53,915 bases of DNA from a virus (taxonomy: Duplodnaviria > Caudoviricetes): positions 1 to 53,915 of IMG/VR virus record IMGVR_UViG_3300035702_000343. One strand, given 5' to 3'. The notes under the pieces are model-generated. The model saw only the letters and a list, made by a program, of their open reading frames with translations, was not told the DNA's origin and did not search any database. Made by a program: the position numbers and the translations under genes. Below are positions 23,675-33,170 of this stretch, one piece after another (within the stretch, counting starts at the first letter, position 1; every line of letters begins with the position of its first letter).

Positions 23675-24139
23675 ATGAAATTAAACTTTAATAAAGCAAG
23701 AGAGAATTCAGGCGGAGACTTTAGTGTAATACCTGAGAACCGTTATGACCTAGTAATAGATTCAGCAAAATCAACTGAATCCCGGGTTAAGAAAACACCG
23801 ATGTTAGAGCTAAAGATGACCATTTTAGGTCCTAGCTTTGAAAATCGCAAAGTTTGGAAAAGCTTCGCATTAACTCCTCCAGCAATGATTTACCTTATCA
23901 ATTTCTTAAAAGCTTGTGGGCTAGAAGAACTAGCTGAGCGAGATGAGGTTGAGGTTGGAGACATTATCAATGAAGTCCCGGGTAGTAAAGTGGGTGGATT
24001 CATTTCTATCACTACCAACCCGAATTCAGGTAAGGAGCGTAACGAGGTGGAAAACTTCACCGAGTATACAGGTTCCACTGAAGGGGCTGCACCGGCCACT
24101 GCTACTAATACCGGAAAGAAGAAACTATTTAACAACTAA
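23675..24139 (+). CDS. DUF669-like single-stranded DNA-binding protein
   Basis: FSVIPENRYDLVI...MLELKMTILGPSFENRKVW; flexible C-terminal tail; typical partner of Sak4-like ATPases. Confidence 0.7.
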   Translation: MKLNFNKARENSGGDFSVIPENRYDLVIDSAKSTESRVKKTPMLELKMTILGPSFENRKVWKSFALTPPAMIYLINFLKACGLEELAERDEVEVGDIINEVPGSKVGGFISITTNPNSGKERNEVENFTEYTGSTEGAAPATATNTGKKKLFNN

Positions 24140-24145
24140 ACACAC

Positions 24146-24171
24146 GAGGGGCTTCGAGCCCCTCTTTTTTT
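24146..24171 (+). terminator. Intrinsic terminator
   Basis: GAGGGGC-TTCGA-GCCCCTC followed by a T-run. Confidence 0.85.
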
Positions 24172-24175
24172 ATTT

Positions 24176-24682
24176 ATGCCAGGCGGAAGAGAACTAGAAA
24201 AAAGAGCGAATAAGCTCAACTTAAAAAAACGTTTAAATAAAGAGGCCCTTATCTTACAGATACCGGTGCCTATTATTATGACTAAAAACGGGATCGTTCC
24301 TAAACAGTCAACTGTTGACTTCGCCGGCTTAATAAAAGGTGGAAAGTTTATTGCATTCGATGCAAAGGAAACAAAAGTAAAAACTCGATTCGACTTATCT
24401 AATATCCATCAACATCAGTTAGAGTACCTGATGATGGTTAGGGAGCTAGGCGGCTTAGCCTTCTTTTTAATCTGATTTAAATCTCTCTACAACGAGGACG
24501 CATTTATTGTCCCCATTTCTGTTGTAGAACACTTTTGATTCGTAAGCGAAAGGAAATCTATTCCTTTTGAGGATCTTAAGAAGCACTCTAAACTAGTCAA
24601 AGTAGATTCATATTTAGACTTTTTAGACGATGAGAAATTTTTAAAAGACTTATTTAATGAGCAAATTCACGGAAGTACTTAG
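24176..24682 (+). CDS. recU: RecU-family Holliday junction resolvase, 168 aa (TGA=Trp at 24473, 24536)
   Basis: GRELE, STVDFAG, FIAFDAKET, IHQHQLEYL, AFFLI[W]F, RKSIPF; the fold is only complete with read-through. Confidence 0.85.
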
Positions 24683-24974
24683 CAAATTAGAGCCGGGGAC
24701 TATTATATCTATTCGAGTAAAAAAGGGCACAGAGCCTACGAATGGAGAATTTCATAATATATCTCCCGAGGGTGTTGTAGAATTAGGCACCATGGTACTT
24801 GGTACAAAGAAGCAAGTACGACAAACATACGACAGTATATCAGAGATGTTTGGAGGTTATGTTCCTAATAGAACTTATCTCCACGTTGACGATATCAAAA
24901 ATATAACTATATTGGAAAAATATGCCAAGAAAGAAAGTAAAGATAAACGTCAAGAAACTGACGAAGACAGCTGA
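24657..24974 (+). CDS. Hypothetical protein (ends at TGA; would end at TAA 24986 if read through)
   Basis: ORF track; in-operon position. Confidence 0.6.
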   Translation: MSKFTEVLSKLEPGTIISIRVKKGTEPTNGEFHNISPEGVVELGTMVLGTKKQVRQTYDSISEMFGGYVPNRTYLHVDDIKNITILEKYAKKESKDKRQETDEDS

Positions 24975-25368
24975 AATACCGAATAAAGCGAACCCTACCG
25001 ACGCTGCATTTGATATTTATGCTGACCAGTCAGTTAAGATAGCAGGAAGAGGAGGCCGCCTTGCGGTCAGTACTGGTATCGCTCTAGAAATAGAGGATAA
25101 ATATTATGTACAACTAAGAGAAAGAAGTGGGTTCAGTTTAGAATCTGCTGTATTTTTAAAAGGAGGCGTCATTGACTCTGGCTACCGCGGTGAGATAAAA
25201 GTTATCTTGCAGAACAATAGTGAATTCCCGGTTGATATCGAGAAGGGTCAAAAAATTGCCCAGTTCACTATTCACAGAGTTGAGAATGTTGCCTTAAAAG
25301 AAATTGAAGAATTTGAAGACGCTGACACCGATCGTGGTGAAGACGGATTTGGTTCCACGGGGAAATAA
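24922..25368 (+). CDS. dut: Trimeric dUTPase
   Basis: AAFDIYA, RSG, GVIDSGYRGEIKV, KIAQ, RGEDGFGSTG. Confidence 0.95.
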   Translation: MPRKKVKINVKKLTKTAEIPNKANPTDAAFDIYADQSVKIAGRGGRLAVSTGIALEIEDKYYVQLRERSGFSLESAVFLKGGVIDSGYRGEIKVILQNNSEFPVDIEKGQKIAQFTIHRVENVALKEIEEFEDADTDRGEDGFGSTGK

Positions 25369-25442
25369 CTCCGACTACCACTATGAGATACCTTTTGTTC
25401 CGTTGTTATGTGCAGTTTTAAATTGACAACGAAATAAAGAAA

Positions 25443-25817
25443 ATGAGAGAAGACATATTAAATATCGGAGTTAGTAACTCCTCCAAGAGAAAATTAAAGA
25501 TAACTAAAATACACAAGAAGTGGGTCACACTAAAAGGCGGGGAAACTACAGAAAAGATAGTAATGCATGCTGTAGATGCCAGCCAACCTAAACATATTTT
25601 TAAGATTAGCGATTGCTACGTCTTAGATAGAGATGGGGAACCAAAGATTACTGGATTATGGTTTACATTAGTAAACAACGAAATAAGCCAAGAATCTTCT
25701 TTAGCGAAGACACTAAAACGTTATGAGGCGGAAGTACTCGGCGAAATGATAGGGAAGACTGTGGAAGCAGCTCCTGACAAAAAGAACTATTTAGTTATTG
25801 TATCCTGCGATATGTAG
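25443..25817 (+). CDS. Hypothetical protein
   Basis: ORF track; in-operon position. Confidence 0.6.
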   Translation: MREDILNIGVSNSSKRKLKITKIHKKWVTLKGGETTEKIVMHAVDASQPKHIFKISDCYVLDRDGEPKITGLWFTLVNNEISQESSLAKTLKRYEAEVLGEMIGKTVEAAPDKKNYLVIVSCDM

Positions 25818-25822
25818 GGGTT

Positions 25823-25860
25823 GGGGGAGAGCTGATAAAGCTCTCCCCTCCCCTATTTTA
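25823..25860 (+). terminator. Hairpin/putative terminator before the sigma gene
   Basis: GGGGAGAGCT-loop-AGCTCTCCCC stem, imperfect T-tract. Confidence 0.55.
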
Positions 25861-25899
25861 ATTTTCCAATTTACATTAAGATTCACTATATTAAACGTT

Positions 25900-26700
25900 A
25901 TGATTAGCAAATATATTAAAGACATAAAAAAGCATGACCCTATTCCTACTCGAGAAGAAGAAATAGAGTTATTTAAAAAAGCAAGGGCCGGAGAACGATG
26001 AGCCTATGAAAAGTTAATAAATTCAAATCTTAGATTTGTTTTTCAAGTCGCAAAATATTATCAGGGAAAGGGATTACCTCTTGAGGATTTAATTGCGGAG
26101 GGTAATATGGGGTTATTAAAAGCTTACGAGCGTTTTGATCTGGAAGTTGGTGTTAAGTTTATTTCTTACGCCGTATTCTGGATAAAACAGAGTATACTTA
26201 GTGCACTGTATTCACACTCAAACACGATTAGAATACCCCTTAACAAACTTATAAATGTTTCTAAAATAGCAAAAATAAAAAAAGAGTTAGAACAACAACT
26301 ATTACGTGAACCAACTCTATCCGAATTACAAGACTATATAGAAGATCCTTCCCTTAAAGATGATGTTCATCACTTACATACTATAATAAGTTTGGACGTG
26401 CCAAGAACAGAAATGGGTGAAGCGGATCTACATGAAGTTTTAGCCAGGGATGATGAGAACTTAGAGAAAAAACTAGAAGAGTTCAGAGAAGAATTTTTAG
26501 ATGTAATTTCAAATTTCCCAAAAAGGGAGAAAAAAATACTCTGTATGTATTATGGAATAAGATATACCAGAACATATAATCTGCGGGAGATTGGCCTAGA
26601 ACTTGATTTGACAAGAGAGAGAATCAGGCAAATAAAGGACCAGAGTTTAAATAAATTAAGAGAGAAGCCGGAAGGCAAAAAATTGATAGAATACTTATAA
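25900..26700 (+). CDS. RpoD/SigA-like sigma-70 factor, 266 aa (TGA=Trp at 25999)
   Basis: ARAGER[W]AYEKLINSNLRFV, DLIAEGNMGLLKAYERFD, KFISYAVFWIKQSI, LREIG...TRERIRQIK; lacks region 1.1. Confidence 0.9.
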
Positions 26701-28608
26701 ATGGAAAACATTAAATATATTGATGCTCCTAGCAAGGTAGACGATGCTCTTACAGAGCTACATGGATACCCTGAGCTAGGTTTCGATACAGAGACTACAG
26801 GCCTTGATCCCTTAACGGACAAGGTTTTGTTGTTACAGGTAGGTACGCCTACTGTACAGTTTGTGTTTAATGTTCACGAAATTGGACATGAAAACACAAT
26901 GCGGGTATTACACCTACTAAAACAATCAGAAGTAACAAAGGTGGCACATAATGCTAAATTTGATTACACTATGATCAAGAGTAACTACGGTGTAGATTTA
27001 CCAAACATAATTTGTACTATGATTGGATCTATGTTACTTACAAAGGGGATTGTTTCGGCAGACAATAGCTTAGATGGTTGCCTTACTAAATATCTAGGTA
27101 TGAAGATGAATAAGGCCAAACAGAAATCATTCATCGACATGAAGGTTGGAGACTCTTTTACATGGTCCCAAATCCTATATGCTGCCAAAGACGTTGAAAT
27201 GATTATACCTCTGAAAAATAAGATTGTAGATCTTTTAAACGAAAGAGGTATGAAACAATTGTCTGAGCTTGAGTTTGAAACTGTTCGGGTTTGTGGCGAT
27301 ATGCAACTTAACGGGATTTACTTAGACGGTAAAAAGTGGTTAGCATTACTTGATGATGCGAAGGCCATGTCTAAGAAAGCAAAAGCTGAGCTAGATGAAC
27401 ATGTAAAAGATCACGCTCAGTTGGACATCTTTGGGGTTCCTACTGTCAACTATGCTTCACCCCTCCAATTAAAGCCGCTGATCGAAAAGATTACAGGGAA
27501 AGCATTGGAGAGCACTGGAGTAAGAGACTTAGAAAGAATTGATCATCCTATGGTAAAAAGTCTTTTAAATTTTAGAGAGGCTCATAAAAAGGTAACAACT
27601 TACGGTGCCTCATTTCTTCAAAAGCATGTTCATAAAAAGACTAAAAGAGTTCATTCTAACTTTAAGCAGCTAGGAACTGATTCGGGACGTATGTCCTCCT
27701 CAAGCCCTAACATGCAAAATATACCAAGTGCTCAGAAGTATAGAAGCTGTTTCACTAATCAGAAGCCCGGTTATAAAATAATAAGTGCTGATTTTTCAGG
27801 TCAGGAGCTTAGACTGTTAGCACACATTTCTCAAGAACAGGCTTTTATAAAAGCCTTGAACGAGAACAAAGATTTACACTCTTATAGCGCATCATTAATT
27901 TTCGGTGTACCTTACGAGGACTTCTTTTATTATGGTAAGGATGGCATAAGAGAGGCATGTGATGATAACGACAGTTTAGATCCTTTTGAACTATCTTTAG
28001 ATTCGAATCAAAATGATATGGTTGTAGATAATGTAGGTGATCCTCTTATTCGTCCTGAGATGAAGAAAAAGTATAGGACACCTTGTAAGAGTATTACATT
28101 TGGTCTTATCTACGGTATGGGAGCTAGTAAGCTAGCTGATACATTAAAGATAACAATTGCAGAGGCTAAAGAACTTATAGGGAAGTATTTTGATACATTC
28201 CCTACTATTAGGGATCTTTTGGATAGACTAACACAAGAGGCAATGGCTCGTAAGTACGCGTATTCCCCGCTAGACGGACGCCGTCGTATCTTTAGTGGTA
28301 TAGACTGGGACCATGGCGGTAAGGTCGCTCACATGAAAAATATAGCAAAAAATCAACCCTTCCAAGGCGCGGGTGCATCAGTAACCAAGTTAGCGCTTTG
28401 CAGAATGAAACACAGAATAGATTCTACTGGTTGGGATGCTAAGATTATAAATGTAGTACATGATGAGATTCTTATAGAGGTTTTAGAGGAGCAAGCAGAA
28501 GAAGTTGCAAAAGCCCTTGAAGAAATTATGAAAGAATCATTTAATTTTTATGCACCAGACATTCCAATGGTAGCAAAAGCAGAAATAGCAAACGAATGGA
28601 GACACTAA
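26701..28608 (+). CDS. polA: Family A DNA polymerase with 3'-5' exonuclease
   Basis: FDTETTG, HNAKFD, YAAKDV; SGRMSSSSPNMQNIP, ADFSGQELR, RTPCKSITFGLIYG, VHDE. Confidence 0.95.
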   Translation: MENIKYIDAPSKVDDALTELHGYPELGFDTETTGLDPLTDKVLLLQVGTPTVQFVFNVHEIGHENTMRVLHLLKQSEVTKVAHNAKFDYTMIKSNYGVDLPNIICTMIGSMLLTKGIVSADNSLDGCLTKYLGMKMNKAKQKSFIDMKVGDSFTWSQILYAAKDVEMIIPLKNKIVDLLNERGMKQLSELEFETVRVCGDMQLNGIYLDGKKWLALLDDAKAMSKKAKAELDEHVKDHAQLDIFGVPTVNYASPLQLKPLIEKITGKALESTGVRDLERIDHPMVKSLLNFREAHKKVTTYGASFLQKHVHKKTKRVHSNFKQLGTDSGRMSSSSPNMQNIPSAQKYRSCFTNQKPGYKIISADFSGQELRLLAHISQEQAFIKALNENKDLHSYSASLIFGVPYEDFFYYGKDGIREACDDNDSLDPFELSLDSNQNDMVVDNVGDPLIRPEMKKKYRTPCKSITFGLIYGMGASKLADTLKITIAEAKELIGKYFDTFPTIRDLLDRLTQEAMARKYAYSPLDGRRRIFSGIDWDHGGKVAHMKNIAKNQPFQGAGASVTKLALCRMKHRIDSTGWDAKIINVVHDEILIEVLEEQAEEVAKALEEIMKESFNFYAPDIPMVAKAEIANEWRH

Positions 28609-28609
28609 A

Positions 28610-28903
28610 ATGATAAAAAGAGAAGAAGTTTATAAAGCACTAGACAGTGAAAGAGACTACCAAGATGTTCGATGGAAGGAAAATCCCGGGCAACCAGAAA
28701 CAAGGGAATCTTTAGATAGGAGCATAGACGAGTTTTCTACCTATATTATGGCTTACGCACAACAGTTACAAAATGTATGTGCTTCCACAGATGACCCTAC
28801 TGTTAAATTAGACTTTGTTAGAAAAGTTGGTGGGTTATCAGTAGCCTGCATGGAGGCTCATGGAGCCCCTTTAAGAGAAATACCAGAAGGGCTACAAGAA
28901 TAG
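28610..28903 (+). CDS. Hypothetical protein (possibly MazG-like helical fold)
   Basis: SERDYQD..W and RKVGGLSVACME segments. Confidence 0.5.
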   Translation: MIKREEVYKALDSERDYQDVRWKENPGQPETRESLDRSIDEFSTYIMAYAQQLQNVCASTDDPTVKLDFVRKVGGLSVACMEAHGAPLREIPEGLQE

Positions 28904-28907
28904 TACT

Positions 28908-29498
28908 ATGAGAAGATTATCAGAAAAAGTAAAAGATTTTGCAATTAGAAGGCATAATTGGGTTAGACAGGAATACGGAAAAGGTGTTCCATACTCTGTT
29001 CATCTAGAAATGGTTGCAGACTTCGCAGAGAAATTTTCATATGTCCTGTCTGAGGAGGATAGGGATCTTGCAGTCGCCGCAGCCTGGGGACACGACTTAA
29101 TAGAAGATACGAGAGTAACTTATAATGACTTAGGAAAGTTGTTTGGGTGGAAGTTTGCTGAAGTTGTTTTCTGCTGCACAGAGCAGAGAGGACGTAACCG
29201 GGAAGAAAGGCATGGTGAGGCTTACTATGACCTGTTATCTAAGAACTCTATTGGCAAATTTGTGAAGCTGTGCGATATCTGTGCAAATTTCTCTAATTCT
29301 AAAGAGAATAGTAATTCAATGTATAAGAAGTATAAAAAAGAATTTCCTAAGGTAAAGGAAAATTATACAAAGAAGGTGAGTACGAACCTATATGGGACTT
29401 TTTACATTCTCTCTAAAAGCCGGTTTTTCCGGCTTTTTTTGTACCCTATAGTGACAACAAGGCTACTTGACAACAGAAAACAAGACTTATACGGATAA
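28908..29498 (+). CDS. HD-domain (SpoT/Mesh1-like) phosphohydrolase; natural end probably 29416 via a -1 shift
   Basis: RHNWVRQEY..VPYSVHL, AAAWGHDLIEDT, VKLCDICAN; terminator lies inside the track ORF. Confidence 0.8.
   Translation: MRRLSEKVKDFAIRRHNWVRQEYGKGVPYSVHLEMVADFAEKFSYVLSEEDRDLAVAAAWGHDLIEDTRVTYNDLGKLFGWKFAEVVFCCTEQRGRNREERHGEAYYDLLSKNSIGKFVKLCDICANFSNSKENSNSMYKKYKKEFPKVKENYTKKVSTNLYGTFYILSKSRFFRLFLYPIVTTRLLDNRKQDLYG
29416..29440 (+). terminator. Intrinsic terminator
   Basis: AAAGCCGG-loop-CCGGCTTT with T-run. Confidence 0.8.
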
Positions 29499-29593
29499 AT
29501 TACTTAACATTCAACTTGAACACTAAATAGTTTCTGCTTAAGTTTTATCCAAACGCACAAAACAAATTAAAGAGAGAATACTAAAATATAAAT

Positions 29594-32250
29594 ATGAAAT
29601 TAAATAAAGCAAGTAGCATTCTAAGTGACATAACAGTACACATGAAATACGCACGTTACTTAGATGACAAAAACCGGCGAGAGATATGGGATGAGCTCGT
29701 TGACAGAAACGTGGAAATGCACGTTAAAAAATATCCCAAATTAAAAGAAGAAATAAATGATGTTTACGACAGATTTGTAAGAACAAAGGTGGTCCTCCCC
29801 TCGATGAGATCGATGCAGTTTGGTGGAAAGCCTATCGAAATTAGCCCTAATCGGGTTTACAATTGTGCTTATTTGCCTGCGGATCACATAGATTCTTTTG
29901 CAGAAACTATGTTCCTTTTGCTGGGTGGCACAGGAGTTGGGTACTCTGTACAAAAACACCATGTAGAAAAGCTGCCTAAAATTATTCATCCGGATAGTGA
30001 TAGAACCAGGCGATACTTAATTGGTGATTCAATCGAGGGTTGGGCAGATGCAGTTAAGATCCTATTCAAAGCATACACCGGTATAAACCGAAGTAAGCCT
30101 GTATTTGATTACAGTGATATACGTCCTAAAGGGGCTAGACTAGTTACTTCTGGTGGTAAAGCTCCCGGTCCGGCGCCTTTAAGAGAATGTCTGGTTAAGG
30201 TTGAAAATATCCTTTCCAACAAACCTAACCGTAGTAAGCTTCAACCGATTGAGGTACATGATATCATGTGCCATATAGCTGACGCAGTTCTAGCAGGCGG
30301 TATACGAAGAGCTGCTATGATTTCTCTATTCTCTGCGGACGATGACGAGATGTTATCTGCAAAGAGTGGTAGCTGGTGGGAGAATAACCCACAACGTGGT
30401 AGAGCTAATAACTCCGCAGTGTTGATGAGAGACAGACTGACTAAAGATTACTTTATGTCAATCTGGAAACGAGTAGAAGACAGTGGCTCAGGAGAGCCTG
30501 GAATATACCTTTCCAATCATCGTGATTGGGGAACAAATCCGTTGACCTATGCATAATGCGGATTTAAAACCTTCTCTGATCGACTTGGAAGCCGGCAATA
30601 CGGCGACAGGGGGCAAGCAAGGGTCAGAAGATTCTGTGCAGCCTGAGAGACTGAGCGAGAAGGGCGACTACAGTGTTTATTGGATACACACCAATAAACA
30701 CAAGGATATTTATTGTGAAGGTTATGTTGGCATCACTATAGACACAAAGTCTAGAATGAGATCGCATAAAAAGAACAAGAAAAAATCACCAATTGTTGAC
30801 GCTATAAAATCTTATAGTTGGGAAAACCTAGAGATAGAAATTATAGAAGAAGAGTTGACAATGGAGCGGGCTTTAGAGATAGAGGGGAATTACAGGCCTA
30901 GGTTAAATATAGGCTGGAATCTTCAAAAAGGTGGAGAGCTTGGAGTAACGTCTGACTGGTATAATAACCCAGTAAACAAAGAAGCGCACTCTAAGGCTAC
31001 ATCTATTGGAACTAAAGCTGGCATCCAAGAAAAAGATAGTACAGAGGAAAGATCTAAAAGAGCTAAAAACAGTTGGTTAAAGAATGCCGATAGTTATAAA
31101 GGCAGTTGTAGAGGATCTAAAAATGGTAAAGCAAGATTAAATGAAGAACAAGTATTTGAAATTCGTTTTAAGCTTATACCAGAAGGCCTCAGTAATAAAG
31201 AGATAGCAAAAGACTTTAATGTAAAGCCTTACGTTATCCAATTTATTCGTACTGGCAAAACTTGGAAACATGTCGTATGCGACAGTCCAGCGCACAAGTA
31301 GGTATTTTGCTATAACCTTACAGTGTGACGGTTGTGAGATAGGATTAAGGCCCTATCAATTTTGTAATCTTGTTGAGATGAATGCTAACATTCTCGAGAC
31401 GCAAGAAGAATTAGACGAAGCTGCTAAGGCTGGAGCTTTTATAGCTACGCTGCAGGCAGGGTATACAGACTTCCACTATCTACGTGATGTATGGAAGCGA
31501 ACTACCGAGAAAGACGCATTAATTGGAGTATCTATGACAGGTATCGCTAGTGGTAACGTTATGAGTCTTGACATGGCTCAGACAGCTAAAGCTGTTAAAG
31601 CGACCAATGCTGAGATTGCTGAGATTATTGGTATTAAGAAAGCCGCTCGAACTACATGTGTCAAACCTGCTGGAACAACTAGCCTTGTATTAGGAACTAG
31701 TTCTGGTATTCACGCATGGCACAATGATTACTATGTTCGTAGAATGCGTGTTGGTAAGAATGAAGCTATATATACTTACTTAAGTATTAGACATCCGGAA
31801 CTTATTGAAGACGAGCATTTCAGGCCACATGATACTGCTGTGATTTCTGTACCACAGAAAGCACCTGAAGGCGCTATTCTAAGAACTGAGTCCCCATTAG
31901 AAACCTTGGAAAGAGTTAAAAAGGTTAGCCAGAGCTGGATATCTACTGGATACCGAACAGGGCAAAATGGTCATAATGTTTCCTGTACTATTTCACTGAA
32001 AGATGATCAGTGGAGAGACGTAGGTAACTGGATGTGGAAAAATCGGGAGCATTACAATGGAATTGCTGTGCTTCCTTATGATGGTGGTAATTATAAACAG
32101 GCTCCTTTTGAGGACTGTTCTAAAGAAACTTATGAGGCTATGTTAGAGTCCCTTGATAAAGTTGACCTTACACAGGTAATAGAATCCCAAGATGAGACTG
32201 ATCTTAGTGGAGAGATTGCTTGCGGGGGAGGGGCCTGCGAAGTAGTTTAA
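29594..32250 (+). CDS. nrdJ: Class II (B12-dependent) ribonucleotide reductase; exons 29594-30542 and 31331-32250 (622 aa spliced)
   Basis: LPSMRSMQF, YNCAY, GTGVG, GGIRRAA, GEPG; splicing restores WGTNP-C-CEI; FCNL, TCVKPAGTTS, C-terminal CGGGAC. Confidence 0.92.
30543..31330 (+). mobile_element. Group I intron in nrdJ (788 nt)
   Basis: 5' exon ends in U paired with G in P1 (AAATCCGT/GCGGATTT); intron ends in G; P7 GACTG (30649) / CAGTC (31283); removal restores frame and the NPCxE motif. Confidence 0.9.
30549..31301 (+). CDS. Intron-encoded GIY-YIG homing endonuclease with C-terminal HTH
   Basis: VYWI...GYVG, RMRSH, E, GWN motif spacing; GSKNGKARLNEEQV..IR...SNKEIAKDFNV...TWKHV DNA-binding module. 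Confidence 0.8.
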   Translation: MHNADLKPSLIDLEAGNTATGGKQGSEDSVQPERLSEKGDYSVYWIHTNKHKDIYCEGYVGITIDTKSRMRSHKKNKKKSPIVDAIKSYSWENLEIEIIEEELTMERALEIEGNYRPRLNIGWNLQKGGELGVTSDWYNNPVNKEAHSKATSIGTKAGIQEKDSTEERSKRAKNSWLKNADSYKGSCRGSKNGKARLNEEQVFEIRFKLIPEGLSNKEIAKDFNVKPYVIQFIRTGKTWKHVVCDSPAHK

Positions 32251-32253
32251 TTA

Positions 32254-32269
32254 TGGTATAAGAATTATG
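32254..32269 (+). promoter_or_regulatory. GGTATAAGAA motif copy 3
   Basis: TGGTATAAGAATTATG. Confidence 0.7.
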
Positions 32270-32303
32270 CAGGACAAGCTTCCTGTATTTTAATTTAATA
32301 GTA

Positions 32304-32334
32304 AAAAGAGCTACTTTAACGAGTAGCTCTTTTT
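32304..32334 (+). terminator. Intrinsic (possibly bidirectional) terminator
   Basis: AAAAGAGCTACT-loop-AGTAGCTCTTTT. Confidence 0.8.
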
Positions 32335-32358
32335 ATTTATATTCACATTTAAAAAGCA

Positions 32359-32432
32359 CTGTCAAAAAGGCAGTTTATCTGTCAAATAGAGATGACAGGA
32401 TGTCATAAATGCACTTTGGCATTTAGTTTGCA
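32359..32432 (+). promoter_or_regulatory. Sigma-54-type promoter (TTGGCATTTAGTTTGCA) with upstream TGTCA/TGACA repeats
   Basis: GG-N10-GC at 32418-32431; four TGTCA/TGACA half-sites at 32360-32405; upstream of hsp20. Confidence 0.65.
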
Positions 32433-32474
32433 AGACAAAAAGAAAACTGAAAACTCAAACTAAAACTAAAAAAT

Positions 32475-32834
32475 ATGTATTTTATGAAAATTGGAACCCA
32501 CGACAAAAGTATAAGTGATCTTTTTAGACTCGGAATAGATTTGATGAATGAGCCAATATTTTCGTCTTTCGTAGATGAGAAAATATCAGTTAACTCGGAG
32601 GATGAGTCGGCTACTATATCTTTAGCAGTTCCCGGGTATGACAAAAAAGATTTGAAACTAACTATTCAAAAAAATAAGCTTTTTATCTATCTAAAAAGCG
32701 AGTTGTTTAAAACCTACTTTCTTACAAAGTCTGTTGATAAGGAAAGCATTGATGCCACCCTAAAGAACGGTTTATTAAAAATTACATTTGATAGACAAGA
32801 AGCACCTGATGAAGAAGAAATAAATATTAACTAA
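32475..32834 (+). CDS. Small heat-shock protein (Hsp20/alpha-crystallin)
   Basis: LAVPGYDKKDLKLTI...VDKESIDATLKNGLLKITF. Confidence 0.85.
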   Translation: MYFMKIGTHDKSISDLFRLGIDLMNEPIFSSFVDEKISVNSEDESATISLAVPGYDKKDLKLTIQKNKLFIYLKSELFKTYFLTKSVDKESIDATLKNGLLKITFDRQEAPDEEEININ

Positions 32835-32837
32835 ACC

Positions 32838-32858
32838 AAAGGCCTTCGGGCCTTTTTT
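32838..32858 (+). terminator. Intrinsic terminator
   Basis: AAAGGCC-TTCG-GGCCTTT plus T-run. Confidence 0.85.
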
Positions 32859-32861
32859 ATT

Positions 32862-33170
32862 ATGTTTGAAACTGTATTAGACCCTGATAAAGTCCCTAAA
32901 TGGTTCATCGATTTTTTCATCGACTTGAACGTTAAGGTAGACTTAGAAAAATTACAAGAGTTCAATGTTGCTTATGCCACGGAAAAAATAAACGAGGTTG
33001 AAAGACAGGCTACTTGTATATTAAACCCGAGTACCGAGGTCATCTATATAATCGCAAAGCAAACGACTTATGAAGACCCGATTACTCCTGAAATAGAAAC
33101 TTTTTTATTCGAAACAAATTTAAATAAGCTACATGGCAAAATCAGAAAAAACGGAAAGAAAACAAGTTAA
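32862..33170 (+). CDS. Hypothetical protein
   Basis: ORF track. Confidence 0.55.
   Translation: MFETVLDPDKVPKWFIDFFIDLNVKVDLEKLQEFNVAYATEKINEVERQATCILNPSTEVIYIIAKQTTYEDPITPEIETFLFETNLNKLHGKIRKNGKKTS

Noticed and set aside
25798-25899. Upstream start of the sigma ORF as given in the track
   Set aside because: It runs through a hairpin and promoter region; ATG 25900 fits sigma region 1.2 better
26701-28608. Intein in DNA polymerase
   Set aside because: The insertion is too short and lacks the N-terminal Cys/Ser and C-terminal His-Asn splice motifs
31270-31330. Independent start for a second RNR subunit (track ORF 31270..32250)
   Set aside because: The first 20 codons are intron sequence; the rest is exon 2 of nrdJ
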